51,776 nucleotides of DNA, from positions 1 through 51,776 of the forward strand of contig DAIENX010000100.1 of the NCBI GenBank assembly GCA_027340875.1. The letters run 5' to 3'. Origin of the DNA: Elusimicrobiota bacterium (lineage in GTDB: Bacteria; Elusimicrobiota; Elusimicrobia; Elusimicrobiales; UBA9959). A program made the translations under genes and the position numbers. Under the pieces are notes generated by a model, which saw only the letters and a list, made by a program, of their open reading frames with translations, was not told where the DNA came from and ran no database searches. Below, piece by piece: positions 36,699 through 46,240 of the stretch; position 1 is the stretch's first letter, and each line of letters starts with the position of its first letter.

Positions 36699-37780
36699 CC
36701 GATTATCTTCTTCAGGAGCTTCTTGAACTTGTCCCAGAGGATGGGCAGGGTGACCCTGCCTTCCGGGAAATAGCTGTAGAAAGTGCGGGAGGTGTTCTTC
36801 AGCAGCCCGGCCTTGTAGGCGGCGCTCTCGGCGGCGCTGAAGGCGGGCGCGTTCTCGGCGGTGTATACCGAGTTGACCCCGTCGGGATACGGCTCGCCGG
36901 GCAGGCGCGAGGAGGACGGACCCTCCGCCAGCGAGCGCCACAGGTCTATGTGCTTGCGGGCGTAGTTCTCCCAGGTCCAGCCGGCCACTGAGTCCACGCG
37001 GGCCCGGCGCTCGGCGGCTATGGCCAGCAGCGCGCGCTGCATGTCGGCGCCGTCGTTGACCGGGTGCGTGATGCCGCCAGGCGCGTCCAGGTGGTAGCCC
37101 TGGGGGGTGACTACGGTCTTCACTCCGGCGCTCAGCGCGTCGATGAAGCCCATAGAGCCCTCGTCGTGAGAGATGTAGAGGTAGTAGTCGAAAGTGGGCA
37201 CTATCTCCACGTATCTGCCGTAATCGAAAGCGTCGTAGTAGTCCACCGCGAAGCCGAGCGCGCGCATCTTCTCCAGCGTGGGCTCCCAGCCGGCGCCCAT
37301 GATGACGAAACGGAAATCCGCCGGGGAGGCCTTGGCGCAGAAGGCGGCTATGGCGTCCTCGCCCTTCCGGCCGTCGGCGTGTACCTTGGAGGTGATGCCG
37401 AGCACCAGCGGGCGCGGCTTTATCACGCCGTCCTGGGCGGGGTTCACATAGCAGAGCCTGTCGTGCGGCAGCCCGGCAGAGACCAGCTTGCGCTGCGTCT
37501 CGCGGGACATGCAGATCCCCATGCGCGCCGTCTCCAGCTGGCCCTTGAGCATCTGGAACTTGTGCAGCGTGTCCACGTGGGTGATCATCAGCGTGTCGAC
37601 GCCGGCGCCGCCGCGGTAGTTGATGTAGCTGATATGATGGTTCACGTCGGCCGACGGGTCGGGCTCGCGGACCAGCGCGCAGTCCACTCCGGTCTTCGCC
37701 ACCTCGGCGGTCAGCTTCTTGGCGAACTTGCCGAAGATCCAGAGCTCGGGGTCCTCGTAGGAGACGACGCGTATCTTCAT
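36695..37780 (-). CDS. Putative glycosyltransferase (GT-B-like)
   Basis: RKG, DEGSMGFIDALSAG (Ex7D-like), WTWENYA; located in a glycan operon. Confidence 0.65.
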   Translation of the reverse strand: MKIRVVSYEDPELWIFGKFAKKLTAEVAKTGVDCALVREPDPSADVNHHISYINYRGGAGVDTLMITHVDTLHKFQMLKGQLETARMGICMSRETQRKLVSAGLPHDRLCYVNPAQDGVIKPRPLVLGITSKVHADGRKGEDAIAAFCAKASPADFRFVIMGAGWEPTLEKMRALGFAVDYYDAFDYGRYVEIVPTFDYYLYISHDEGSMGFIDALSAGVKTVVTPQGYHLDAPGGITHPVNDGADMQRALLAIAAERRARVDSVAGWTWENYARKHIDLWRSLAEGPSSSRLPGEPYPDGVNSVYTAENAPAFSAAESAAYKAGLLKNTSRTFYSYFPEGRVTLPILWDKFKKLLKKIIG

Positions 37781-38901
37781 TTTGCGCGCGCCAGGGCCGC
37801 CTTCAGGGTCTCGACGACGTAGTCCATGTCCTCCTCGGAGAGGACCGGGCCGCTGGGCAGGTAGAAGCTGTTGTAGGCCACCTTGTTGGCCTCGGGACAG
37901 GCCTCGGGCCTGACCAGTCCGCGGGAGATGAAGACCTCCTGCAGGTTGTAGGGGATGAAACCCTCGCGGACCTCTATGCCCTTCTCCGCCATGAAGCGCA
38001 TTATCCCGGTACGCTGTTCCAGGTCCCTGTTCCTGAGGACGATGTGGTACATCCAGTGTACGTTGCGGGCGTAGGGTTTTTCGACAGGGAGCTGCAGTTC
38101 GCCGACCCCGGCCAGCTTTGAGGCGTAGTAGGCCGCGATGCGGCGCTTGTTCCCTATGATGTCCTCTATCTTTCCCATCTGCGCGCAACCGATGGCGGCC
38201 TGCAGGTTGGTGAGCCTGTAGTTGTAGCCCAGGTCCTTGTGCATGAACTTCAGCTTATCCCCGAAGGCCAGGGCCTTGAGGGAGCGCATCTTCGCCGCGA
38301 GCGCGGCATCGGTGCAGGTCACCATGCCGCCCTCTCCCGTGGTGATGATCTTGTTGGCGTAAAAGCTGAAGCAGCCGGCGTCTCCGAGGCCGCCCACCTT
38401 CCTGCCCTTGTAGAGGGCGCCGTGGGCCTCGGCGCAGTCCTCTATCACCAGGAGCTTGTGCTTTTTCGCTACGGCCAGCACCGGGTCCATGTCAACGGGA
38501 TGGCCGAAGAGGTGCACTACGAGGATGGCCCTGGTGCGCGGCGTGACCAGGCCCTCCAGCAGGGCCGGGTCCATGTTGAGGGTGTCCGGCTCTATGTCCA
38601 CGGGTACCGGCACGGCGCCCTGGTAGAGCACCGCGAAGAAGGTGGCCATGTTGGTGAGCGTGGAGACCAGCACCTCGTCGCCGGCCTTGATCCCCATGGC
38701 GGCCAGGGGCAGGTGCAGGGCGGTGGTGCCGTTGGAGACGGCCACGCCGTGCGCGCAGCCGCAGAAATCCGAGAACTTCCTCTCGAACTCCGGGATGAAA
38801 GAGCCGAAGTTGCCGGAGAGTTCGCCGCCGCGCAAGGCGGCGTTGACGGCCTCGCTCTCCTCGGCGCCGAGGACCGGCTGGGAGACGGGTATCTTCCTCA
38901 T
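37777..38901 (-). CDS. DegT/DnrJ/EryC1/StrS sugar aminotransferase (perosamine-synthase-like)
   Basis: SNGTTALHL, EDCAEAHGA, SFYANKIITTGEGGM, GYNYRLTNLQAAIG. Confidence 0.94.
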   Translation of the reverse strand: MRKIPVSQPVLGAEESEAVNAALRGGELSGNFGSFIPEFERKFSDFCGCAHGVAVSNGTTALHLPLAAMGIKAGDEVLVSTLTNMATFFAVLYQGAVPVPVDIEPDTLNMDPALLEGLVTPRTRAILVVHLFGHPVDMDPVLAVAKKHKLLVIEDCAEAHGALYKGRKVGGLGDAGCFSFYANKIITTGEGGMVTCTDAALAAKMRSLKALAFGDKLKFMHKDLGYNYRLTNLQAAIGCAQMGKIEDIIGNKRRIAAYYASKLAGVGELQLPVEKPYARNVHWMYHIVLRNRDLEQRTGIMRFMAEKGIEVREGFIPYNLQEVFISRGLVRPEACPEANKVAYNSFYLPSGPVLSEEDMDYVVETLKAALARAK

Positions 38902-39275
38902 TTCAGCAGCGGCTTCTCGAGCCGGAAGGTGTCGTTCTCGTACTCCTTGCCGCCGCGCGGGCCCTTGGTGAACACTATGAGCTCCGACTTCTCCAGGGCC
39001 TTGAGGGCGTGGCTTTCGTTGGGCACCGTGAGGATAAGGTCGCCCTTCTTCATGACGGCCTTGCGCAACGGGCCGCGGGGCAGTTTGCCGGCTATCTGGA
39101 TCTTTCCGGAGAGCACGTAGTTCCACTGCCAGGTCTTCTTGTGGAAATGGTTGGCGCGCACCGCGCCTCTGGAGAAAGAGATGACGGTGATGGCGTTGAC
39201 GCACTCGCGCTGGAGCAGGTCGGTGATCGCGCCCCGCGCGTCGGTGTGGGCGGCCTTGAGCCTTATTTTTTTCAT
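38898..39275 (-). CDS. Cupin-domain protein (sugar isomerase-like)
   Basis: DARG, RANHFH, P...HA cupin motifs. Confidence 0.8.
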   Translation of the reverse strand: MKKIRLKAAHTDARGAITDLLQRECVNAITVISFSRGAVRANHFHKKTWQWNYVLSGKIQIAGKLPRGPLRKAVMKKGDLILTVPNESHALKALEKSELIVFTKGPRGGKEYENDTFRLEKPLLK

Positions 39276-39290
39276 ATCCTTCTCCTTACA

Positions 39291-40517
39291 TCAGCTTACG
39301 ATCCTGGGCATGGGGATGGGCACTATGAACTTGCCGCCCCGCTTCCGGTATTCCCCGAGGTTCTTCATGATCTCGTCGGCGAAGTTCCAGGCCAGCAGCA
39401 GCGCGTAATCGGGCTGGTGCTGCAGCAGGTACTCGTCCGGCACAACCGGGATGTGGGTGCCCGGAGTGTAGCGGCCGATCTTGAGGGTGGACTTCTCGGA
39501 AACGGCGTCCAGGAGCTCGGTGCCTATGCGGCAGTAGTTGAGCAGGGTCATGCCCTTGGCCGGGGCGCTGACGCCCACGATGCTCTTGCCCTCCCGCTTG
39601 AGGGAATGGAGCAGCCAGGAGAGCTCGGCCCTGTTCTTCGCCACGTCGGCGGCGAACTTGTCCAGCACGGGGCGGGTGTAGAGCCCCATCTTCTCTTCCT
39701 TGTCCAGCAGCTCCTTCACGATGGGCTCCGCCGGGTAGGCGCCCTTCTCGGCGATGTAGACGCGGAAGGAGCCGCCGTGGATGTCCACCAGCTGGACATC
39801 GAAGACCTCCATGCCCTGCTCGCCGAAGAAGCGGACCAGCGGCTTGAGCGAGAGATAGGACAGGTGCTCGTGGTAGATGGTGTCGTACTCGAGCTTGTTG
39901 ACGAGGTTGACCAGGTAAGGGGCCTCGAAGATGAAGACGCCCTTCTTCCTGAGCAGGCGCTTCACGTTGCGGGTGAGTTCGTGGAGGTCGTCTATGTGGG
40001 CGAAGACGTTAGTGCCGGTTATGACGGCGGCCGGCCCCTTGCGGGAGAGGATCTCATCGACGGCGCCGGAGTTGAAGAAGTCGCAGATGGTCTCGATGCC
40101 GCGCTTCTGGGCCAGCAGCACGATGTTGGCCGCCGGGTCAACGCCCAGCACGGAAGCGCCGTTGTTGCGGAAGGACTCGAGCAGGACGCCGACGTTGCTG
40201 CCGATGTCCACTACCAGGTCGTCCTTGCCGAGCTTCAGCTTCCCGACGACGTACTTCGCGAAGGCGTCCCAGTGGGCCTTGCCGGTCCTGGTGATGGAGG
40301 ATTCGTAGGGGTAGTCGTTGCGGTAGAGGACCTCGGGCGAGACCACGTGGTTGAGCTGCACCAGGCCGCAGTCTTCGCAGAGGCAGACCTCCAGCGGATA
40401 ATGCGTCTCGGGCTCGCGGAGCTGGTCCTTGCGGCGGAACTGGTCGGCCGGCGGGGTGAAGCCGAGGTCCAGGAACTTGTAAAGCCTGTCTCCCCGGCAG
40501 GTTCTGCAGGTCAGCAT
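39291..40517 (-). CDS. NDP-hexose C-methyltransferase family protein
   Basis: CRTC...CEDCGLVQL Zn site, DIGSNVG, NVFAH, DTIYHEHLSY, HGGS, PAKG.TLLN, LLAWN. Confidence 0.93.
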   Translation of the reverse strand: MLTCRTCRGDRLYKFLDLGFTPPADQFRRKDQLREPETHYPLEVCLCEDCGLVQLNHVVSPEVLYRNDYPYESSITRTGKAHWDAFAKYVVGKLKLGKDDLVVDIGSNVGVLLESFRNNGASVLGVDPAANIVLLAQKRGIETICDFFNSGAVDEILSRKGPAAVITGTNVFAHIDDLHELTRNVKRLLRKKGVFIFEAPYLVNLVNKLEYDTIYHEHLSYLSLKPLVRFFGEQGMEVFDVQLVDIHGGSFRVYIAEKGAYPAEPIVKELLDKEEKMGLYTRPVLDKFAADVAKNRAELSWLLHSLKREGKSIVGVSAPAKGMTLLNYCRIGTELLDAVSEKSTLKIGRYTPGTHIPVVPDEYLLQHQPDYALLLAWNFADEIMKNLGEYRKRGGKFIVPIPMPRIVS

Positions 40518-40664
40518 TGTCTTCTCCTTGGGATGTCCGGCGACGCCAGTCCTCCCCGTTAATACGCTGATATTATATGATAATAACCGCCCGGTTTTGA
40601 CTGGCCGCGGTATAAATTCATATGCTTGCTGGACCTTATCTTCCGGCGGCAGCGGCGAGGTGCT

Positions 40665-41417
40665 ATGGTCTTCGACAAGGAATATTCCTCGATCTACGAC
40701 ACGATGTACGCTGGCAAGGACTATGCCGGCGAATGCGACTACCTGGAGAAGCTTTTTAAGAGCGCGGGGGTGAAGCCCCGGACCATCCTGGACCTGGGCT
40801 GCGGCACCGGCAGCCATGCCGTGCCGCTGGCTAAGCGGGGCTACCGGGTCACCGGCGTGGACCTTTCCCCCGGCATGCTCGCCGCCGCCCGACGTAAGGC
40901 AGGCGAGGCCGGCGCCTCCGTGGAGTTCCGCAGGGGCGACATCTCCCGGATGCGGCCGGTCGGGCGCTTCGACGCCGTGATCTGCATGTTCGCAGTGATG
41001 GGCTACCAGCTCGAGAACGAGCGCGTGGCCGCGGCCTGCCGCCTGGCGCGCCGCTCGCTTAAGCCCGGAGGCATCTTCGTCTTCGACTGCTGGTACGGCC
41101 CCGGCGTGCTCACCTGTCCGCCCGGGAAGCGCCGCAGGGAGGTGCCCGGCGGCCCCGGGGAACGCATCATCCGCTACACCACGCCTCAGCTCGACGCGCT
41201 CAGCCATACGGTCCGCGTGCACTTCCGCGTGCGCCGCGTGGCGCGCGGCCGTTCCTCGGAGCACGAGGAGCTCCACGTAACCCGCTTTTTCTTTCCGCAG
41301 GAGATAAAGTACTATCTCTCCCAGGCGGGATTCAAAAAGATAGACATCTACCCGTTCATGGAGACGGGGAGAAAGATCTCCCCGTCGGATTGGAACATGG
41401 CAGTGGCGGCCAGGTAG
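40665..41417 (+). CDS. Class I SAM-dependent methyltransferase
   Basis: YD..Y..KDY..E, LDLGCGTG, GVDLS..M, LKPGG. Confidence 0.9.
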   Translation: MVFDKEYSSIYDTMYAGKDYAGECDYLEKLFKSAGVKPRTILDLGCGTGSHAVPLAKRGYRVTGVDLSPGMLAAARRKAGEAGASVEFRRGDISRMRPVGRFDAVICMFAVMGYQLENERVAAACRLARRSLKPGGIFVFDCWYGPGVLTCPPGKRRREVPGGPGERIIRYTTPQLDALSHTVRVHFRVRRVARGRSSEHEELHVTRFFFPQEIKYYLSQAGFKKIDIYPFMETGRKISPSDWNMAVAAR

Positions 41418-41423
41418 CCGCCG

Positions 41424-42296
41424 TCAGACCCCGGGGCGGGACAGCTCCTTGAAGGATTTGGGATAGTTGGAGTTGCGGATAAGATAAGGCTTCTGAGGCT
41501 CGTAGTGGTTCTCCGCGGTGAAAGGCTCCGCGAAATCCGACTTCAGCAGGTCCTCCCGCACGAAGAACGCGTTGACGCCGATATAGCTGCAGCCTACCAG
41601 CGCGTAGCCCTTTTCCCTGCCGAGCTTTTCCAGCAGCTTCAGGCTGGCGCCCCAGTAGCGGTCCTGACCTTTGGAGAAATCGCGGTCGTACCGTATCGTC
41701 CACTCCGCTTGCGGCCCCATGTAGGCGTTGTATTCTATGATGACCACGCGCGGCCTATAGTTTTCGATGGCCTTCCAGACCCAGTAATCGTTACCGTCGA
41801 TGTCGATCGACAAAAGGTCGAACTCCGCCGGCACGCCGAGTTCCGTGAACAGCGGCTCGATGTCCTCGGCATTTATAAGGGTTTCCTTGAAAACTAGGCT
41901 CTTGTCGGCTATCAGGCCGGCGTAGCCGTCCCTGATAGCGTCGGCGTGGCGCTCGCTGCATTCCATCCAGCAGCCTTTCCACTTGTTCAGCAGGAGGCAG
42001 GATGTATTGTTCTCCAGGCCGTTGCCGGCCCCGAATTCCACGAAGAACTTGTTCGTCGTGCCGATCCGGCGGAAGATCTCCTGGATGATGCCGTCCTCGC
42101 CCCCCTGCGAGTTCACCTGGAATTCGTAGCGGGTCAGGCGTTTCTTGTCCTGGTACCTGGGGTCGTTGTTGAGCTCGTTGGCCAGCAGCGACTGTATGGA
42201 GATCTCCGAAAGGCGCCGGATCTCGTCGCGCAGCTGGTATACGCCCAGCAGGGATTTGAATTTATGAACGATGAGGTCTCGCAGTTTTCCGATCAT
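41424..42296 (-). CDS. FkbM-like methyltransferase
   Basis: SQGGEDGII, FVEFGAG, LLSIDIDGNDYWVW, IEYN, GASL, NAFFV. Confidence 0.8.
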   Translation of the reverse strand: MIGKLRDLIVHKFKSLLGVYQLRDEIRRLSEISIQSLLANELNNDPRYQDKKRLTRYEFQVNSQGGEDGIIQEIFRRIGTTNKFFVEFGAGNGLENNTSCLLLNKWKGCWMECSERHADAIRDGYAGLIADKSLVFKETLINAEDIEPLFTELGVPAEFDLLSIDIDGNDYWVWKAIENYRPRVVIIEYNAYMGPQAEWTIRYDRDFSKGQDRYWGASLKLLEKLGREKGYALVGCSYIGVNAFFVREDLLKSDFAEPFTAENHYEPQKPYLIRNSNYPKSFKELSRPGV

Positions 42297-43609
42297 GGTC
42301 GTGGGGCTCCGTTAGTCTTGTCCGCTTTGGGCGGCAGATAGGAATCTTTTACCAGCCAAAGTCCGCCTATCATGGCGGAGTAAGCTATGATGAAGGCGAT
42401 TGGCACGCCTTTGACCCCCAGCGCGGGCACGAGCGCCACGCAGGCCAGGAAATTGAGGAGGCCGGCGCCCAGCGACAGGAAAAGCTGCATTCTGGACGCG
42501 TTCACGCCCTCGGCCAAGATAATGTTGCCGAGCGTCGTCCAGAGCAATGTGAGCGAACCGACTACGGAGAAGAGGGCTATCAACAGCGGGTCCAGACCGT
42601 ACTGGTGCCGGCCCATCAGCGACAGCACCGCGCACTGCACCAGCACGAAGATCAATATCACGGCGGGGCCGGCCCGCAGCCAGCCCCGTACGGCCAGGTC
42701 CCATAGGCGCCTCCTGTCGGGCGCGGCCGAGGCTTTCGGGAAAAGCACGGTCGCCAGGGCGTAAGCCAGGTAACCGCCTATGTTTATCGCTGCGGTGTAA
42801 TAGGCGGCGTAGACCCCGGTCTCTGCGGGGGTCAGCGCGGCGTTCACCACCAGACCCTGCACGTTGAGAAGGAGCACTCCGCCCAGGCTGGCCCCGAAGT
42901 TGTAGAAGCCGTACTCCGACATGCTGGAGAACGTCTCGCCGCTGAAGCCGGCCAGCTTTACCTCCTTCAGCGTGCGGTACAGCCAGAACAGGGCCGTGCC
43001 GCCGAAAGCCGCGATGTAGGCCCAGGCCATCACCTGGTAGACCCGGCCCAGGTAGAGGAGTCCCAGGCCGAAGACGGCGGCCAGCGTGAGGCTGAAGCAG
43101 ATCTCCCCGAAGCCACGGCGCGAGAAGCGCGACAGCGCCTGCTGCATGCCGGAGGTCAGCAGGAAAGCGGCTGTGGACGCGGCGTAGCCCAGCGAGAAAT
43201 AGAGCATGCCGCTGTCTATATGGAAGATGGCCGCGAGCGGGCCGCTGAAGAAGAGCGCCAGCCCGGCCACCAGCGCCGTCAGCGCCGCCACCGCGGCCAG
43301 CGCGGAGCTGAATACATGGGAGCGTTTCTCCGGGCTCACGCCGTAGCGCACCACGGAATACTGCAGCCCTGCCAGCATGAACGGAGCTATCGCGGCCCCG
43401 GCGGAGGCCATCACGTTGATGCGGCCGTATTCCTCCGGCCCAAGCAGGCGGCCGGCGGCGATGGCTACCACTCCGGAGATGATCTTGGCGGCGGCGAAGC
43501 TGAAGCCTATGACCCCGAGATGCTTTATGAATTCCTGCGCGCCGCTGCCGGGATGTTCCCCGACGAGCTTCTTATAGAGGGTGTCGCGCAGGCTGGCTGT
43601 ATCGGACAT
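42293..43609 (-). CDS. Wzx-like oligosaccharide flippase
   Basis: RLLGPEEYG, about 12 TM segments, G.YAA...LFPK. Confidence 0.85.
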   Translation of the reverse strand: MSDTASLRDTLYKKLVGEHPGSGAQEFIKHLGVIGFSFAAAKIISGVVAIAAGRLLGPEEYGRINVMASAGAAIAPFMLAGLQYSVVRYGVSPEKRSHVFSSALAAVAALTALVAGLALFFSGPLAAIFHIDSGMLYFSLGYAASTAAFLLTSGMQQALSRFSRRGFGEICFSLTLAAVFGLGLLYLGRVYQVMAWAYIAAFGGTALFWLYRTLKEVKLAGFSGETFSSMSEYGFYNFGASLGGVLLLNVQGLVVNAALTPAETGVYAAYYTAAINIGGYLAYALATVLFPKASAAPDRRRLWDLAVRGWLRAGPAVILIFVLVQCAVLSLMGRHQYGLDPLLIALFSVVGSLTLLWTTLGNIILAEGVNASRMQLFLSLGAGLLNFLACVALVPALGVKGVPIAFIIAYSAMIGGLWLVKDSYLPPKADKTNGAPRP

Positions 43610-43660
43610 GATGAAGGCCGGAGCGTCAGCCCCGGCCCTGAAATTATACCAATATGCGGC

Positions 43661-44278
43661 TTACCACTTTACCTTGAGCGTGTTCCTGCGCGCGCTGTAG
43701 TCGAAGCTGAAGTCGCCGAGCTTCTGCGGAAGGGTCTCCGCGCGGGAGTCCTTCATCTTCTCGAGGAAGGCGGGGGAGCAGACCTCGTCCGGCGACCCCA
43801 ATCCCTCGGTAAGCCAGGGATGCGTGCGGGTGATGAGCTGCTTCGGGTAGGCGCCTAGCGCCAGGGTTTCGTTGATGGAGAATGAGCCGCTCTGTTCCGG
43901 AAAATCGATGTTGGAACCTCTGTAGCCGAGGTAATGGCCGCCGGAGCAGAGCACGGTGGCCCACGAGAGGGCCGGGGCCGGCAACCCGCGCGTCAGGCGG
44001 ACGAAAAGATAGGACTTGTCCTCGGGACCGGGGTCGCCGAACGCCGCCTTGGGAAAGCCGATGGTCAGTTCGCCCTTCTCCCTGTCCATCTTGAGTTTGA
44101 TAGAAGAGACGAGCTGTATATAGGAGGCCTTGTCGCCCGCGGGAACGGGAAACGGCGTCTCTACCGCCGAAGGCGCGGAGCGCAGCCCGGCCGCGCCGAG
44201 AGAGGTCAACGGGAATTCATGCGAAGAAGCGAAGGAAGGAGCGGCGGCCAGCAGCAGGGTCAGGGCGTATTTGAACAT
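43661..44278 (-). CDS. Secreted hypothetical protein
   Basis: Signal peptide MFKYALTLLLAAAPSFA; TACAAT-N6-ATG. Confidence 0.75.
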   Translation of the reverse strand: MFKYALTLLLAAAPSFASSHEFPLTSLGAAGLRSAPSAVETPFPVPAGDKASYIQLVSSIKLKMDREKGELTIGFPKAAFGDPGPEDKSYLFVRLTRGLPAPALSWATVLCSGGHYLGYRGSNIDFPEQSGSFSINETLALGAYPKQLITRTHPWLTEGLGSPDEVCSPAFLEKMKDSRAETLPQKLGDFSFDYSARRNTLKVKW

Positions 44279-44363
44279 GTATATATTGTAGCGGCGCGCC
44301 ATGCCGGCCGGAAGGGCCTAAGTTCCTTATATTTTCCGGGACCTAAGGGCAGTCGGCGGGGAG

Positions 44364-45260
44364 TCAGAACAGCCGGGTGACGCCGAAACTGAAGGCGGGG
44401 GAGGGATGTATTCCGTTCTGGTCGTGATGGTCGTCGTAGGTTTTGCCGGTGTAGTATTTCCCCGGCAGCTCCCAGCCGGTCCACAGGGAGAAAGTGTAGT
44501 CGGGTAAAGTCCTGTAATACGTCCAGAGCCCGGCGCTGGACTGTTCTATGAAGACGGAGTAGTCCTTGTCCGGCCTTCCGGCTATGTCGAACTGCAGCGC
44601 CCCTAGGGCGTACTCCGCCTTGAAGGAGAGCGCGTCGGAGACCTTCCGCCGCACTGAGAGCCGGCAGTATTTGGGCGGGAACCAGGCCGCCGACAGCTCG
44701 TAATCCCCCGAGGGCCTCCAGGAGACCCGGAAGGGCAGGTGGAAGCTCAGCTTGTCGGAATCGTACGCGTACAGGAAGTAGGGGAACGGGATGCGTCTGG
44801 CGAAGCTGCGGCGCGAGGCATAAGCCAGGCCGAAGGAAAAGGAGTGCGGACCTTTCCTGTTTATCACCTTAGAGGCGTTCAGGGAGATGTCGGTCTCGCG
44901 GATGGAATAGAAAGGCTTGTCGGAGGAGGACTTCAGCCCGGCCATGAACGTGTATTTCCCGCGCTTGGCGCTTATCCCGGCGCCCGCGGCGTAAAGATGA
45001 CCCGGCAGCCAGCCGTCCCGCCGTATCCGGTGGGCGGCGAAAGAGGCGTCCAGAGAGGTCCCTTTCCCCAGCGGCACCCCGGCGGAAAGGCCGGCCGAGC
45101 GGTGGTCGAGGCCTTCCGCTTCCGAATAGCCGGTCACCGCCGAAAGCCTGAAGCGCCCTGGACCGGCGCCTTTCTCACGGCCGTCGGCCAGTCCCAGGCC
45201 CTGCGCGGCGGCGGCCGCCGGAAGGGCGAAGAGGAGGGTCAGGGCGGCCAGGCGCCTCAT
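44364..45260 (-). CDS. Putative outer-membrane beta-barrel protein
   Basis: Signal peptide; alternating aromatic/Gly strands; C-terminal FSFGVTRLF beta-signal. Confidence 0.7.
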   Translation of the reverse strand: MRRLAALTLLFALPAAAAAQGLGLADGREKGAGPGRFRLSAVTGYSEAEGLDHRSAGLSAGVPLGKGTSLDASFAAHRIRRDGWLPGHLYAAGAGISAKRGKYTFMAGLKSSSDKPFYSIRETDISLNASKVINRKGPHSFSFGLAYASRRSFARRIPFPYFLYAYDSDKLSFHLPFRVSWRPSGDYELSAAWFPPKYCRLSVRRKVSDALSFKAEYALGALQFDIAGRPDKDYSVFIEQSSAGLWTYYRTLPDYTFSLWTGWELPGKYYTGKTYDDHHDQNGIHPSPAFSFGVTRLF

Positions 45261-45958
45261 ATCAGCTTGAGATCTCCCAGCTCCACCGGCTCGCGGGCGA
45301 GCGCGTCCTTTCCTATCAGCCAGAGGCTCCAGAATATTACGCCGGTCCCGAGAAGGAAGATGAAGCGGGAGACCCCGGCCGGATGGGCGATCAGGTGCAG
45401 TTCGGTCAGCAGGTAGGTCCAGTCGTGCTCGCCGCCGCCCACCAGCTGCAGGGCCTGCTTTATCGCGTCCCCGGCGTAAATGCTGATGTTCAGCAGGTTC
45501 TCCCCTATCCAGAAGAGGCAGAGCTGCCAGCCCAGGTTGGCGCCGCGCCGTTTCAGGTGGAACAGGCAGACGGCCGGGACGAGCAGCTGGAAGATGGTGC
45601 CGCCGGCCATCATGACGAAGCGGCCGAAGAAGCCGAGGAAGATATGGCCGGCCTCGTGGAAGGCCAGGTTCACGAAGTCTAGGAAGGAAAAGTAGTTCTC
45701 CCTGGCCAGCCAGCGGGTATAGAAAAGGAGCAAGCCGGCTATCAGGACGGCGCGTCCCCAGAGGCGGGACGAAGGCCTGGCCTCCCCTACGGGCGGCCCG
45801 CCGGCCGCGGCCGCTGTCAGTATCTTTTTGGCTTTCGCCTCGGCGCGCACTTCGCCGGGGATGCGCAGGTTCTTGTAACAGGCCCCGCAGAACTCGCTCT
45901 CCAGCGGGTTGGCGGCCCCGCAGTAGGGGCATTTGATCAGTTCTTCGGCGGCATCCAT
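45257..45958 (-). CDS. Zinc-ribbon plus membrane HExxH (M50-like) protein
   Basis: CPYC..N.....FCGAC; FHEAGH within a TM region; HDW. Confidence 0.75.
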   Translation of the reverse strand: MDAAEELIKCPYCGAANPLESEFCGACYKNLRIPGEVRAEAKAKKILTAAAAGGPPVGEARPSSRLWGRAVLIAGLLLFYTRWLARENYFSFLDFVNLAFHEAGHIFLGFFGRFVMMAGGTIFQLLVPAVCLFHLKRRGANLGWQLCLFWIGENLLNISIYAGDAIKQALQLVGGGEHDWTYLLTELHLIAHPAGVSRFIFLLGTGVIFWSLWLIGKDALAREPVELGDLKLI

Positions 45959-46030
45959 CCGGCGGTCAGATTATATAAAAAGCCGCGGCGCGACCTCAGA
46001 AACGCGGGCCGCGGGGATACCGTAGGAATT

Positions 46031-46240
46031 TTAGATGCTTACGGCCAGGCAGATGCCAAGCAGTAGCATGCCCGCGCAGAACCAGACGGTTATGCCGTGA
46101 GCGACCACGGATAAGAGAAGCGCCGTGGCCAGCAGCGCTATGATGAGCCAGAGCATGCCGGAGATTATCCTGTCGAAAAGGATAAGCTTCCGCAGGTACG
46201 GGGGGAATTGCGCGTTCGCGCGGCTGTTCCAGACGGCCAT
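46031..46240 (-). CDS. Small two-TM membrane protein
   Basis: Two hydrophobic helices; TACACT-N6-ATG promoter geometry. Confidence 0.55.
   Translation of the reverse strand: MAVWNSRANAQFPPYLRKLILFDRIISGMLWLIIALLATALLLSVVAHGITVWFCAGMLLLGICLAVSI

Noticed and set aside
39291..41276. 661-aa ORF as a long fusion protein
   Set aside because: The upstream part is antisense to the 40665-41417 methyltransferase; the real start is ATG 40517 with an AAGGAG SD.
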